From positions 12 through 64,011 of the IMG/VR virus record IMGVR_UViG_3300044446_000019: a stretch of 64,000 bases of DNA; one strand, given 5' to 3'. The stretch comes from a virus. Its lineage: Duplodnaviria; Caudoviricetes. A program made the translations under genes and the position numbers. How positions within the stretch are numbered: position 1 is the stretch's first letter; every line of letters starts with the position of its first letter. Below are positions 27,556 to 38,356 of this stretch, one piece after another. The notes below the pieces were generated by a model, which was given only the letters and a program-made list of their open reading frames with translations, had not been told where the DNA came from and did not search any database.

Positions 27556-28415
27556 TAGAACGTCCAGGTGGTCTCGCGGATCACCGGCAGATCGGGGGAC
27601 GAGATCTGCATATGCGATGGTAGTCGGCCAGGATTAAAACGTTGAATGATCGAATCGACCGTGACCAGGCCAGTTAAACCGTTCTGCAAGAGCTGATCCA
27701 CATCCGCAAGGCTGACCGAAACTCCCTGCCTGGCTATGCTTGTCACCCTCTGCGGGAGTCGACACTCCCCTCCCATGCAGTTCTTGATCCACTCGCAGGC
27801 TAGCTCGCCTGCTGCCCTCTGAAGTACGGCAGGGACAGGGATTCCCCATAGGTAAGTGACCTCCCACGCAGTTTTGTCACTGGGCGCCAGCGCACCAGTG
27901 ACGGGAAAATCGTAGTCGTTGTGGTTGGGCCAGCACCCGTTGTCAGTGTCGAGGTCGGGACCCTGACGGACCAACCATTGCCAGTCATCAACGCGGTAGG
28001 TTGCCGGGTCAACAACAGTGCCGTCACTGAACCGAACCTCGACGATGCCAGACACTGGCGGGGTAAGCCATACCTGACATTGCGCACGGCAGCGGCATCC
28101 CGAACCCATCCCACACCAGCAGTTTCGCCAGACTCCGTCGAGGATGTACGGGAACCATGTTCCTTCAGACCAGTAGTATCCGGAACCCCATCCAAGGTTG
28201 TCCAGGCAGTCCCGGCCACATGGCCGGACGGTTCTAGTACAAGCACCGAACCGGCGGCCGGTAGCCGCCCAAACGGAAAACGCACCGTATTCGGCGGCAG
28301 CTGTCTGGGTGGCAAGGTCAGCCCCCGTCCACGTCTCTGTGCAGCAACCTACGTCGACAGTCCAGTTGCAGGGTAGTCCGGGAGCCGAGTTGGTGAACAC
28401 GTTAATGCTGGGCAA
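27555..28415 (-). CDS. Head-to-tail adaptor
   Basis: LWAATGRRFG-like motif; ELACEW...CRLP.RVTSI.RQGVS...TGL..VD. Confidence 0.8.
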   Translation of the reverse strand: MPSINVFTNSAPGLPCNWTVDVGCCTETWTGADLATQTAAAEYGAFSVWAATGRRFGACTRTVRPCGRDCLDNLGWGSGYYWSEGTWFPYILDGVWRNCWCGMGSGCRCRAQCQVWLTPPVSGIVEVRFSDGTVVDPATYRVDDWQWLVRQGPDLDTDNGCWPNHNDYDFPVTGALAPSDKTAWEVTYLWGIPVPAVLQRAAGELACEWIKNCMGGECRLPQRVTSIARQGVSVSLADVDQLLQNGLTGLVTVDSIIQRFNPGRLPSHMQISSPDLPVIRETTWTF

Positions 28416-28468
28416 CTCGGCTCCCTTCCTGGCTGGTACTGGGGTCCGTCGAACTCAGACTAGCTGGA

Positions 28469-29188
28469 TTAGGCAGGGATCAGGCTGGAGAGGGTAGTGC
28501 AACCACACGCGGACACTGGCGGGGCCAGTCGGGTCAGGAACATCCGATGATGCTGGTTGCTCAGGATCGGAGTCAGTAGCGGGATTGGAGTATTGAGGTT
28601 CGCGGTCGCATCGGACAGGTCCACGTTGTACGGGCCAGTGCCCCACAGCGAGGTGGACCGAGTACGCGCATTGACGACGAAGCTGGCATTACCGTTCTCG
28701 TAGGTGAGATCACCAACGGTGCCCTCGATAACCCACGGGTACAGGACGTAGCCGTATTCCACGCCACCCGTGCACGCTGCACCACCCGTGAGCCCCGACA
28801 ATCGGGTCCAGCCTTCCAGGGCAAAAGACGCGGAGGCCGCAGAACCTTCCTGGGTACTGAAGCCGGTAGCCCGGGGGGCTGGTGCGTTGTCCAGGACCAG
28901 TGGCTCGGAGGTCATGATGTTGACGAGTTCCGGGTCCACGTTGCACAGGGTGACAACCAGGTTGATCCACTTCAGGATTGGTGGGTTGGTCTCCTTGACG
29001 CAGAAGACACCGTCACCGTTCTTGACGAAGAACTCTTCCCGGTCCTCATACTCCTTCGTCATCTCGATAGAGATGATGCCGTCGGACACCACGGTGGAAC
29101 AGCCGGTCACCGGCTGTCCACAGTTCACGTCGACCTTGGTAGCCCGGATCCGTGGAATCTTGAATGGGGTATAGCAAACAGACGTCAT
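28469..29188 (-). CDS. Major tail protein
   Basis: R.TKVD.CG.P...E...KNGDG.FC...CNVDP...WGTGPYNV. Confidence 0.8.
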   Translation of the reverse strand: MTSVCYTPFKIPRIRATKVDVNCGQPVTGCSTVVSDGIISIEMTKEYEDREEFFVKNGDGVFCVKETNPPILKWINLVVTLCNVDPELVNIMTSEPLVLDNAPAPRATGFSTQEGSAASASFALEGWTRLSGLTGGAACTGGVEYGYVLYPWVIEGTVGDLTYENGNASFVVNARTRSTSLWGTGPYNVDLSDATANLNTPIPLLTPILSNQHHRMFLTRLAPPVSACGCTTLSSLIPA

Positions 29189-29400
29189 TTCCTGCTCCGC
29201 TTCTTCGGCTCTATAGGCGGCGAAGACTCGAATCCAAGTTCCTGGTACCGGCGGTACCGGGCATACAAGTAGTCAGGGACCACTAGACCCAAGGAGGGTG
29301 TATCGGTGGTGGTGGCCACGTCGTAGACGGAATCGGCCAGGTCGACGAGAACTCGAACCACGTCCGAGAACTCGTCAACGGTTGGCGTCAAGGTGATCAT
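29185..29400 (-). CDS. Small virion-associated protein
   Basis: Between the capsid and tail genes. Confidence 0.55.
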   Translation of the reverse strand: MITLTPTVDEFSDVVRVLVDLADSVYDVATTTDTPSLGLVVPDYLYARYRRYQELGFESSPPIEPKKRSRK

Positions 29401-30239
29401 GTAGTGGTGCAATCCCGAGTGACGGCGACGGAGAACTTCCCGCACTCGATCCCCATGGCGTAAACCTGCTCAGCCAGGAGAGTCAGTACGTTGGTGGACT
29501 GATTGAAGCCACCTTCGATCGGGTTGACGAAAATCTCTGGGTCCTGCCAAATGATCGGCCGGCCGGTGGCGTACATGTACTCGATCGTGGACGAGACAGC
29601 TTCCCCGTTGGGTCCGGTGCCGTCGTAGCCCTGACCGAAAACAACAGGAGTACCGAGGTAGGTCTGCCATCCGCGCCCACGGGGCACCAGTAGGTGGTTG
29701 TTGGCGAGGAACGGCATCATGTACGGGCGGGCGTGGATCACGCCACCGACGATGTTGTTGTCGGCCAAACCCTGCTCCAATGTGGCTACCGCTACCGTCG
29801 GACACGAGGCAGCGGTCAGGGCAGTGGATCCACGAAGTAGGCCGGTGAGACCTGGTGCACCGGGTGCGGCAGGAGTACCTCCCCAGAACACCTCCTCCAC
29901 GCCCCGCTGGAACCGAAGGTCCGCACGGATCAGTGTCCGTTGCCGGGCCTCCTCGTATGACATGCCGACGATGTTGCAGGTGTAAGAGGTGTAAACCGCG
30001 AACGGGAAACCCGACACCGGAGCAGGTAGTGCCTGAAACGTCTTGGCACCCGACACCGGTGGACAGTTCATGCCCCAGAAGTACACATCCCCGCACGAGT
30101 CAGGGATGTAGGTGACACCGCCACCGACCGCATTGGGACTGGGGAACGGTATCGGTCCAACGGCAGCCTCAAATAGCCCTGCCTGACGGACCGGCGGTGG
30201 CGGGGGCTCCGCGTAATACAGTGCGTTAAATACGGCCAC
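29397..30239 (-). CDS. Second capsid protein (pentamer-type)
   Basis: Follows the MCP; PF.VY...C...VE..FW...T.LGTPVVFG.GY...YATG...N...LAE. Confidence 0.7.
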   Translation of the reverse strand: MAVFNALYYAEPPPPPVRQAGLFEAAVGPIPFPSPNAVGGGVTYIPDSCGDVYFWGMNCPPVSGAKTFQALPAPVSGFPFAVYTSYTCNIVGMSYEEARQRTLIRADLRFQRGVEEVFWGGTPAAPGAPGLTGLLRGSTALTAASCPTVAVATLEQGLADNNIVGGVIHARPYMMPFLANNHLLVPRGRGWQTYLGTPVVFGQGYDGTGPNGEAVSSTIEYMYATGRPIIWQDPEIFVNPIEGGFNQSTNVLTLLAEQVYAMGIECGKFSVAVTRDCTTT

Positions 30240-30299
30240 AGCTACTCCTTCCAGTAGGGCTGAAGCGAAGGGGGCCAGTTCCCTGGCCCCCGTGCCCTA

Positions 30300-32015
30300 C
30301 TAGCAGGTCACCGCTCGCTGAACACCGGTAGAACCGTTGGGGCAGATAGCGATGGTGTAGACCCGCGACAGCGGACACATTCGCACCATCTTCCAGCCGG
30401 TTTCCGTGAACAGGTGGGTCACCTGGTTCGTGGCCAACTTGGTGGAGTCGTAGACCGAGTTCAGGGTGATGACGTCGGAAACTGCCCGCACCCACGTACC
30501 GGCCGGGTAGATCAGGAACTGCAAGGAGATTGGCAGCTCACCGATAGCGGTGGCGGAGCCCGGTGCGGTACCAGACGCGGCCAGCGACGTGGAGAATGAG
30601 TCCTGCCAGTCGTAGACGTACTGGGCCCGGACGCCGCGAGTGGCCATGGCCGAACTGATCGCCGAGTCAGCCAGCGACAACGTGTTGGAGTAGTCGCCAC
30701 CGTTACGACGGATCCAGTCCGCCCGCATCTGGGCGAGGATCCAGAACGGCAGCACAACTTCCAGGGTGGCGGAACGCTGAAGGCGTAGCCGGTACTTGAT
30801 GTCGACGGCCGCCATCTCCAGAGCCGACAGCACCTGAGAAACCACGGAACCATCAGAGGTCCACGGCTGGCCACCCAGGGTGACAGCGGTGGACCCGGCG
30901 ACCACAGCTGCGATCTGCTCACGGTTGACCTGGTGCGCGGACGCAGCCATGGCACCACGGGTGAACGTGGCCGTGAACTCCGGGTAGCCCCGGATGCTCA
31001 GGATGTTGCCAGTGAGGCAGAGGCCCGTGACACCGAGACGATCGTCCACGAAATCGGGGCACGGGATTTCCAGGCACGTCTTGACGGTGCCGGAGGCAAC
31101 CTGGGCCTCAGTGAGGTTGAAGAAGCCGGTGCCGCTACCGAAGATATAGCTGAAGTCGATACCAGTGTTGTGCCGGATGCCGCCACGTCGAGCCTGGACT
31201 TCAGGTGCGTCGTACAGACCATCAGTGGTGATCTGGAGACAGATGTCGTAGTCGGTTTCCGACGGGGCACACCAGCCGGCCGCTGCGACCAGGGAGTCGC
31301 GGGTAGGGTCGATGGCCGCGAGTTCCTTGCGACGCAGTTCCGACGACGCGATCAGGGAACCACCCGGGAGACGCTTCTCGTCCGCTGCGGCCATGATCTT
31401 GGCGTAGTCGTTGTCGTCCATGTTGACGCTGTACTCGTCCGGGTAGTCACGAATCATCTTCGCGACCGGGTAGTGGATCGGACCATTACCCGTCGGACCA
31501 GACATGCCACCGTGACCGGCCGAGCGGGCGATGAATGCCTTCGCTACGTCCAGCATGGAGTCGAACTTGTGACCGGCCTCGTAGTCCGGTACGCCAGCGG
31601 CTGCAACCAGGGTGGCGTAGCCCTGGCGATTGGTGGGGATGACCGTGGTGCCATCACGGTTGATGATGTCGGCAACAGTCACCTTGACCACGTTGCTGTC
31701 GTCAACAACAGCAGTGGCCGTAGCGGATGCGGTGACCGGCTCCGGCTCAACGGTCTCTTCGACCTCAGGCTCAGCGTCAGGCTCGGTGAGTGCGGCGAAC
31801 TGGGTGGCACGATCCTTGCGGCCTTGAATTTCAGCGGCCACATCGTACTTGTAGAACTGCTTGAGCGCAGTCAGCTCTTCGAGCTGCTCATCGGTGACCG
31901 TAGAGGCGTCAACCTCGGAAAGCGCAGAGGTGTACTCAGTCTCCGCCTCGACACGCTTCGCCTCCAGGGCACTGAGCGTGAAGACGGTCAGGTCTTCGGG
32001 GATTTCAAAAAGCAT
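30300..32015 (-). CDS. Major capsid (hexamer-type) protein with N-terminal scaffold region
   Basis: SLVAAAGWCAPSETDYD, RGGI, K.C.EIPCP.F, YPAGTWV motifs. Confidence 0.9.
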   Translation of the reverse strand: MLFEIPEDLTVFTLSALEAKRVEAETEYTSALSEVDASTVTDEQLEELTALKQFYKYDVAAEIQGRKDRATQFAALTEPDAEPEVEETVEPEPVTASATATAVVDDSNVVKVTVADIINRDGTTVIPTNRQGYATLVAAAGVPDYEAGHKFDSMLDVAKAFIARSAGHGGMSGPTGNGPIHYPVAKMIRDYPDEYSVNMDDNDYAKIMAAADEKRLPGGSLIASSELRRKELAAIDPTRDSLVAAAGWCAPSETDYDICLQITTDGLYDAPEVQARRGGIRHNTGIDFSYIFGSGTGFFNLTEAQVASGTVKTCLEIPCPDFVDDRLGVTGLCLTGNILSIRGYPEFTATFTRGAMAASAHQVNREQIAAVVAGSTAVTLGGQPWTSDGSVVSQVLSALEMAAVDIKYRLRLQRSATLEVVLPFWILAQMRADWIRRNGGDYSNTLSLADSAISSAMATRGVRAQYVYDWQDSFSTSLAASGTAPGSATAIGELPISLQFLIYPAGTWVRAVSDVITLNSVYDSTKLATNQVTHLFTETGWKMVRMCPLSRVYTIAICPNGSTGVQRAVTC

Positions 32016-32094
32016 TGTGGGCCTCTCAACGGAAGAGTTTTCTTCCGGTGCAGGCCCACAGCTACAGCCACCGATCTAAGGGGATGGTAACACC

Positions 32095-32247
32095 CTATGC
32101 CCTAGAATAGGTCGTTCCTGCCGGGCCCAGGGTTTGTGCAACCTTGGCGGCATGCTCCCCAGTTACGACCTTTTTCTCCCCGTTTGGGTACTTCACCTCG
32201 AACTGTGGTTCAACCACAGCAACCTTGTCCCCATTGCATCCACACAT
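32095..32247 (-). CDS. Small MCGC-type protein (50 aa; not in the ORF track)
   Basis: MCGCNGDKVAVVEPQFEVKYPNGEKK...; small gene upstream of the MCP. Confidence 0.6.
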   Translation of the reverse strand: MCGCNGDKVAVVEPQFEVKYPNGEKKVVTGEHAAKVAQTLGPAGTTYSRA

Positions 32248-32249
32248 CT

Positions 32250-35200
32250 TTACTTCGCCTCCCTCTTCTTCCTCGCTTCAAGCATCATCCGCTTGAGCCA
32301 CGCCTGAACCTCAGGATCACTTGTAGCCTTTTGCATAATGTCCCACATCGTTGTGGCGGCGTCAGTGCCCTCGTGGAAGTCCCTCTGGTTCAGTTCACGC
32401 TCTGCTGCACCTAGCCGTAGAAGTTCCTGTTCATCACCCGCGAGAAGTCTGCGGATGATGTCTTCCTTCTTTTCGATGAGGGAGGGTTTGCCGGGTTCGA
32501 AGCTACCGGTCCCCACTCTCCGCATGAAGCTTCCCTTCGGCACCTTAATCCGGGCCGTGGGGATGGCAGCAAGTTTCTCGAACGCATCACGAAGAGCCTT
32601 GGGCGCATCGGCAGGGAGGTCTACCTTGCGTCCAAGCGGTGGTGCGTCGATAGCATCGATGGCTCTCTGGATTCGGTCAGCGACACCCTGATCGGCGGCG
32701 GTCTTCTTCATCTCCCTCAAGCGGTCGATGAATTTACTCAGCTCAAGCTTGTCTCGACCCATTTGATCACCCATACGAGCGATCTCGTTGATGAAGGAGT
32801 TCGGTTCCCGGTCATCCATGTACAGATCAGCCCACAGGGCTCCTAGTTCGGAGTCCAGGTGCATCAGACCCTGATCATTGCCACCGTTGGGTAGGTAGAT
32901 GGGTTCGTCAGCGTTGGGACGTTCGCGCTTGATGATGCGACCATCGCCACCGGTTGCTTTGTATTTGAGGGATTCCACCGGCGGCCCGGGAGCAGCAGGC
33001 GAACTGCCGGTGGCAGCAGTCTTCTTTGCAGCAGCCTTCTTTACTGGGGCAGCCTTAGATCGGGCGGCAAGGATGGCGTCAACCCGGGCCGACTTGAGCA
33101 GAGTCGGACGCTCCAGGTTCAGCTCGTCCTCGATATCCTTCAGCTCACCGGGCGACATGTCCATGAGTTCTTCACGGGTCTGTGTACCGCCGGTGGATGG
33201 TGCCGCCGTCTTCGTGACCTTCTTGGCCGCCGCTACCTCGCGCTTGACCTCCGCTTTTGTCTCCGTGCTGGATGCAGCCTTCTTCGCTGGTGTCCCCCGA
33301 AGCTCCGCGATGATGCCTTCGTCTCGGGAAATGTCAGCACGGATTTGGTTACTCTGTGCAGATTCTGTGCCACCGCTGGATCCCGCTGGGATCTTGCGGT
33401 GAGCAAGGCGATCGGTGCGCTCCCTGTTATGCAGTTCAAGCTCCTGGATGGCGCGTGTCTTAGTGACACGACCGCCAGCCACTGCCTTCGTGAAGTCATC
33501 GCCAGTCATGGCAGCGATCTCACGGGGTGTTGCCTTCGCTTCCGTAGTGGGACCAGTCGACTCATTGCGCATCCCACCACGGGTCAGGACAGCCATGTTC
33601 CTGTTCATCTGTTCCTGCGCGGCGGCCGCAGCTGCGGCCTTCTTCGTTACCTTCCTCGCAGGCGGCGCGGACTTGGCGGCACGGGCCAATGTCTCCTTGA
33701 CCGGGGTACGACTGGACTCCACAATCCTTGCCACGGCAGCAGCGTCTCCAGTAAATCCCCTGGAAGAGATGGGTCCCGGTGCCTTCTTCGCTGCCGTACG
33801 CCGGGCCAATTCAGCGGCAACGGTGGCCTTCTGATCGTCACCGAACTGTGGACTCTCGGTGATCTTCTTCAGGTCATCATCAGCGAGCGGAGACAGGTTG
33901 CTCTGAACTGTCTTCGAGACCTTCTTGGCCGGCGGCAGGTCAGCGGCAACGTCAGCCTTGGCGGCAGGGGTAGCCCTGGAACGTTTGGTCTTCTTCAACG
34001 CCTCCGCGAGTGCTTTCCATCGTGCACTCTGGGCGCGGTACATCTGCGTATTGGCTTCAGCATCCGCCAACTCTGCGCGTGCAATGGCGATGTCTTCGGG
34101 GGTGACTGAGTTCTTCAGCCGCCTCTTCGCCCCATCAACAAGAATGGTGTTGGTTGCTGCGGCGTAGCCAGGACTGCCAGCTCCCCCGCTCCAGTTGTCC
34201 AACCACCGTCCGATGGCGGCAGGTGTTGCATTCTTGGGTAGCCCGCTGTCACGGAGAGCTTCAGTGTCACCATCAAGGAGACGTTGAATCCGGTCCAGCA
34301 TGTTCTTGTCATTGCCGACGGAGCCTGGTGCTTCGGCATACGCCTGGTCTGGTACCAGGGTGCGGGCATCGATCTTGGCAGCTGGTGGTTTGGGTGCAGC
34401 CTTCTTCTTCGGCAGTGGCGCTGGTGGTGTGAGGTCGATCGGGTCGCCGGCCTGCTGGCGCCGGATCATTTCCCGGGCAAGCTCAGTCAGTACCTCATCC
34501 TTCGTGGTGGCAGCCTCAGGCAGCTTGATGCCGGCAGCCTTGGCGTCCGCCTTAATCTGAGCGACGCTGATTTTTCCTAGCTCCGGGTCCACTACCCGGA
34601 TGACTTCCTTCTTGGTCACCAGTTCCGGGGAGTCTCCAGTATGGAGCGCTGCGGCTGCACTCTGGATCCACTGTGCTCGTTCCAGTTCCTCAGTGATCCG
34701 CTTACCGAGGAACTCCTTGTTGGCTTGGGTTTGACCTGGTGCTTCTAACCCTGCCCGGTAGGATTTGAGGCTGTCGTCGGAGCGGCTAAGTAGACGCTTC
34801 AGCTCCGCCTTGGCGTCGTCAACCTTGCCCTTACCTAGGAGGTTCTCCACGGTGGCGTAGTCCAGGGCGGCGGGGCCACCGGCAGGACGCTTGATCCCAG
34901 CGTCTGCCATGATCTTGTCGAGATCATGACCGCCCTTCTTGACCCGCTTGTCCTCCAGGGCTACCCGTTCGCTGATATCCAGGAGATGTTTGCGATCCTT
35001 CTCCGACATCTCAGCCAGGACGCCGTCGCGGTACTCCGGTTTGATACGAGCCAGCATCCGGACAGCTACTCGGTCCTCCACGCTGACCTTGGAGGGACCG
35101 CTGGTGGTCTCAACTTCGTCGCGGATCTCCTTGGCCATCTTGACCAGGTCGTGGCCAGTCTGTCCGGGCATCTGTTTGGCCAGCTCATCAAACGGGTCGC

Positions 35201-38200
35201 CCTGTTGGGCCTGCATATCAGCCAGAACTTCGCGGGCACGCTGTTGTAAACGTGCTCGTTCGGCGGTATCAATGCCGGGGATTTTCCTTGGTTCCGGTGC
35301 GGTAGCAGGGGCCTCCGGAGTCCTTTCGAGCAGGTCGATCAAGTCCTGCTTCTTGGCCCGCTGCGGTGGGTTCAGGCCACGGTCAGTGGCCATCTCCCGC
35401 AACTGGCGCACCGTGTTGCCCTTGAGCGGGGAACCGAGGTCTACCTCAGGAGCTGGTCCCTCTGGCGCTACACCGAGACGGCCACGGATGTCGTTGATGA
35501 CGTCCCCGGCGGCCTCCCCCGCAAGGACCCGGTTGGACAGTTCCGGAAGGTTGTCGTCGCGTTCCTTCTTCGTCAGCTCAGTCCGAGCAGCCTTCTTGGC
35601 TGGCGCACTGAGGGCACGGTGGACAACGTTCTGGCCGGCGATCGACTGGAGGGTGATCTCGTTACCGTCTTCATCGGTACCGCTGATCTTGTACCCGGTC
35701 TGCCGACCAACCTGTGCCCGGTCGATCTTGGAAACCGTGAGCGTCTTGGCCCCGGTCTTGCGGGCACTACTGCTCCAGTTGCCCTTAGTGTCCTGCTGAA
35801 CGCGAAGCTTCTCGCCCACCTTGAGCCGAGAGGCAGACACCGTCGGCTTGTTCGGGTCAGACAGCTGATCCTGGTGCGCCTTGAAAGCTGCCTCGATCTC
35901 CGCTTCCCGGGCAGCAGCCTTCGCTGCCTTGGCCAGGACCGGTGGAGTGTCCGGGGCTACTTCGATCGCCTTCAGTGCCTTGACCTCAGGCGTGGCCTTC
36001 TTGCCCAGATTGGCGATGGTCTTCTCAGCCTTGGCCAGCGCGGCATCGTCGGCTGCGGTAGCCGGACCCAGCTTACTCGGGGTCAGCCTCTTGATCGGGG
36101 CGCCGCTGCCCATGCGGTCAAGGGTCTTCTGTGCCTTGGCAATCGTCTCTTCGTCAGTGAGAACCTTAGGCGCGGCAACCTTCTTGGCAGGTGCGGCCAG
36201 CTTCGCAGGCGCAGCCTGCTTCATGTCAGCGGCTACGTCTTCCTTCGCCGCACCACCCTTGCGCTGTAGCTCCGGTGTGGCCTTCCACTTGGCCGCCAGT
36301 TCCTTGGACAGGGCTGCCTTCAGCTTGAGCTTCTTGTCCTCGCCACGGGTCTCCACGCCCCACTTCTCAGCGAGAGCGCGGAGGTCCCCGACCGTGAGTC
36401 CATTAAGGCCGGTGAGAATGTTCTTCTCTGTGCGACCTTCCAGCTTCTTCTGGGCAGCTTCAACGTCCGGTGCAGCCTTGGGGGCACGCTTCTTCAGCGG
36501 TACACGCTTGGCTGGCTTAGACTCGTCGGCTTCGATAACGTCAGCAATCTTGCGCAGGTAGTTGGCTTCGGGGGTGTCATCCTCCTTGGCCTGATCCCGT
36601 AGCCGCTGCACCGCCTTCGGTCGAGTGACCCTGCCATTACGCAACAGGTCAGCGGTTTCGTCTAGCAGGATATTGCCGGCGGTGTCGCCGGAGCGCATGC
36701 TAGCCGGTTCCGCGCCCACCGCATCCGACCACCGGGACCGCTGCTCCGCGTTCAGGCGGTCGTCTTCAATGTCCTTCTCTTGCTGAGTACCCAGACCCTT
36801 GGCACGAGACTCGGGCGTACCGTCGGTCCGTTTCGGAGCCACCTTCGCCAATGGGCCAGGGCGGGCGGCCTCAGTGGCAGTCTTCTTCGCCCCCGGCACC
36901 CTGTCTGTTCCACCGCCGGGACGAGTCAGCGCCTTCTTCGCGGCAGCCGCTGCTTTCTGGTCCAGCTCGTTACGAACGTCAGCCTTGGCCTGACGCTGTT
37001 GCGGCGTACCCAAGGTGAAGTGGGAACGGATAAGGTCCGCGAGTTTCTCCTGCTTACTGATGTCGTCAGCCAGCAAGGAGTCGCCACGGCCCACCTCCGT
37101 CGCCTGGAGCTTCTTGTTGGTAGCAATGTCTGCTTCCAACTCCCGCAACATGTCGGCGGGGTGCTGCTTGCCAGAGGTAATGCCGGTGTAGGCGCTGTTC
37201 CATTCCTTACGACGTGGGCCAGCCGACGGTGCCTCCAGACTGGCAGCCGAGGCCGCGTCCCGGAAGCTGGTGGCAGGTTCCCCGGTGACCACGGAGGTGG
37301 CACCATTGGGGGTCTCCGGCGCCGGTGGGGTCTGGGGAGTTTCTACCGGCGCCGGAGCTGGTACGTTCGGGGCCTCACGAGGTGCCGGCTGCGTGACCGC
37401 CGGAGCCGGTGTCGGTGAGAGGCCCGCCGCCGTTGACTCTGCCGGTTGTACGGCGGCGGGTCCTCTACCGAGTACGGCAGCCCGTCGTTGAGCCCGAACC
37501 TGCTCTGGGGTCATTCCTTCAGGTGGGTTTTCGAGAGCTTCTCCGGGAAGTGCACCGAGAGGTTGACTGCCAGTTTCGCGAGCGGAGGCAGCGTCCTCCA
37601 GTTTCTTGATGTTGCCCTCGCGGTCCTGGGGCATACCGGAACCCTGGTGACCGGACTCAGGTAGCGGGGTCTCACCAGGAGTCTTCGGGGTCGCTACCAC
37701 CGACATGATGTAGCCGCCACGACCGTCAGGCTTGACCTTGGTGATGGTCATTTCCTGGTCGCGGTCCATGAAGATGGCCCGGTCTGTGCCACTCCTGGCC
37801 GGGATGGCGACCCGCGTTCCCTTGGGTGCGGCAATCCTCATCTGGATCATGCCCTGACCACCAGCGGCCGGGGTGCCCAGGTTGGTGGCCAGGTAGCCAC
37901 GGTCGGCGATGACGTCGCCGGTCAGTTCTTCCAGCTCGGGTAGCCGGTCAGCGGTGAGACCGAAGGCGTCCGGCGTGGCAACGTGGTTGATGATCAGGTC
38001 TTCGGGCGTCTCCTCCATGGAGGCGTCCATCATGTCGACGAACTTCTTCGTGGACGGCTCGTCAATCTTGCCGTCACGAAGATCCTGGTTGGCGTTATCG
38101 AAATCGGCCTGCAACCGGGCGAAGCCCTTGCCTCCACCGAAACGACCAGGCTTCTTATGACCCAGGTTGTTGGTGTACTGGGTCGCCTGAGAGTCGCTCT

Positions 38201-38351
38201 GGAAGAAGCGAGGGTGATAGGCGCCAAGCACCTTCTCCACCGCTGCGAGGACAGAAGGGGACATTTTCCACTTGCTACGGAAACGCCCGTGACTGTCGCG
38301 AGGATGGAGCAATTCCTCGCGAGTGCCCCAGCTGTCACCAATTCCGGCCAT
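32250..38351 (-). CDS. Giant (2033 aa) head-associated protein with an N-terminal ADP-ribosyltransferase-like domain
   Basis: HPRDSHGRF, NQDLR, DRGYLAT, I.APKGT, DQE; PAKK-rich body; several helix-extension-helix-like motifs. Confidence 0.7.
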   Translation of the reverse strand: MAGIGDSWGTREELLHPRDSHGRFRSKWKMSPSVLAAVEKVLGAYHPRFFQSDSQATQYTNNLGHKKPGRFGGGKGFARLQADFDNANQDLRDGKIDEPSTKKFVDMMDASMEETPEDLIINHVATPDAFGLTADRLPELEELTGDVIADRGYLATNLGTPAAGGQGMIQMRIAAPKGTRVAIPARSGTDRAIFMDRDQEMTITKVKPDGRGGYIMSVVATPKTPGETPLPESGHQGSGMPQDREGNIKKLEDAASARETGSQPLGALPGEALENPPEGMTPEQVRAQRRAAVLGRGPAAVQPAESTAAGLSPTPAPAVTQPAPREAPNVPAPAPVETPQTPPAPETPNGATSVVTGEPATSFRDAASAASLEAPSAGPRRKEWNSAYTGITSGKQHPADMLRELEADIATNKKLQATEVGRGDSLLADDISKQEKLADLIRSHFTLGTPQQRQAKADVRNELDQKAAAAAKKALTRPGGGTDRVPGAKKTATEAARPGPLAKVAPKRTDGTPESRAKGLGTQQEKDIEDDRLNAEQRSRWSDAVGAEPASMRSGDTAGNILLDETADLLRNGRVTRPKAVQRLRDQAKEDDTPEANYLRKIADVIEADESKPAKRVPLKKRAPKAAPDVEAAQKKLEGRTEKNILTGLNGLTVGDLRALAEKWGVETRGEDKKLKLKAALSKELAAKWKATPELQRKGGAAKEDVAADMKQAAPAKLAAPAKKVAAPKVLTDEETIAKAQKTLDRMGSGAPIKRLTPSKLGPATAADDAALAKAEKTIANLGKKATPEVKALKAIEVAPDTPPVLAKAAKAAAREAEIEAAFKAHQDQLSDPNKPTVSASRLKVGEKLRVQQDTKGNWSSSARKTGAKTLTVSKIDRAQVGRQTGYKISGTDEDGNEITLQSIAGQNVVHRALSAPAKKAARTELTKKERDDNLPELSNRVLAGEAAGDVINDIRGRLGVAPEGPAPEVDLGSPLKGNTVRQLREMATDRGLNPPQRAKKQDLIDLLERTPEAPATAPEPRKIPGIDTAERARLQQRAREVLADMQAQQGDPFDELAKQMPGQTGHDLVKMAKEIRDEVETTSGPSKVSVEDRVAVRMLARIKPEYRDGVLAEMSEKDRKHLLDISERVALEDKRVKKGGHDLDKIMADAGIKRPAGGPAALDYATVENLLGKGKVDDAKAELKRLLSRSDDSLKSYRAGLEAPGQTQANKEFLGKRITEELERAQWIQSAAAALHTGDSPELVTKKEVIRVVDPELGKISVAQIKADAKAAGIKLPEAATTKDEVLTELAREMIRRQQAGDPIDLTPPAPLPKKKAAPKPPAAKIDARTLVPDQAYAEAPGSVGNDKNMLDRIQRLLDGDTEALRDSGLPKNATPAAIGRWLDNWSGGAGSPGYAAATNTILVDGAKRRLKNSVTPEDIAIARAELADAEANTQMYRAQSARWKALAEALKKTKRSRATPAAKADVAADLPPAKKVSKTVQSNLSPLADDDLKKITESPQFGDDQKATVAAELARRTAAKKAPGPISSRGFTGDAAAVARIVESSRTPVKETLARAAKSAPPARKVTKKAAAAAAAQEQMNRNMAVLTRGGMRNESTGPTTEAKATPREIAAMTGDDFTKAVAGGRVTKTRAIQELELHNRERTDRLAHRKIPAGSSGGTESAQSNQIRADISRDEGIIAELRGTPAKKAASSTETKAEVKREVAAAKKVTKTAAPSTGGTQTREELMDMSPGELKDIEDELNLERPTLLKSARVDAILAARSKAAPVKKAAAKKTAATGSSPAAPGPPVESLKYKATGGDGRIIKRERPNADEPIYLPNGGNDQGLMHLDSELGALWADLYMDDREPNSFINEIARMGDQMGRDKLELSKFIDRLREMKKTAADQGVADRIQRAIDAIDAPPLGRKVDLPADAPKALRDAFEKLAAIPTARIKVPKGSFMRRVGTGSFEPGKPSLIEKKEDIIRRLLAGDEQELLRLGAAERELNQRDFHEGTDAATTMWDIMQKATSDPEVQAWLKRMMLEARKKREAK

Positions 38352-38356
38352 GTTGC

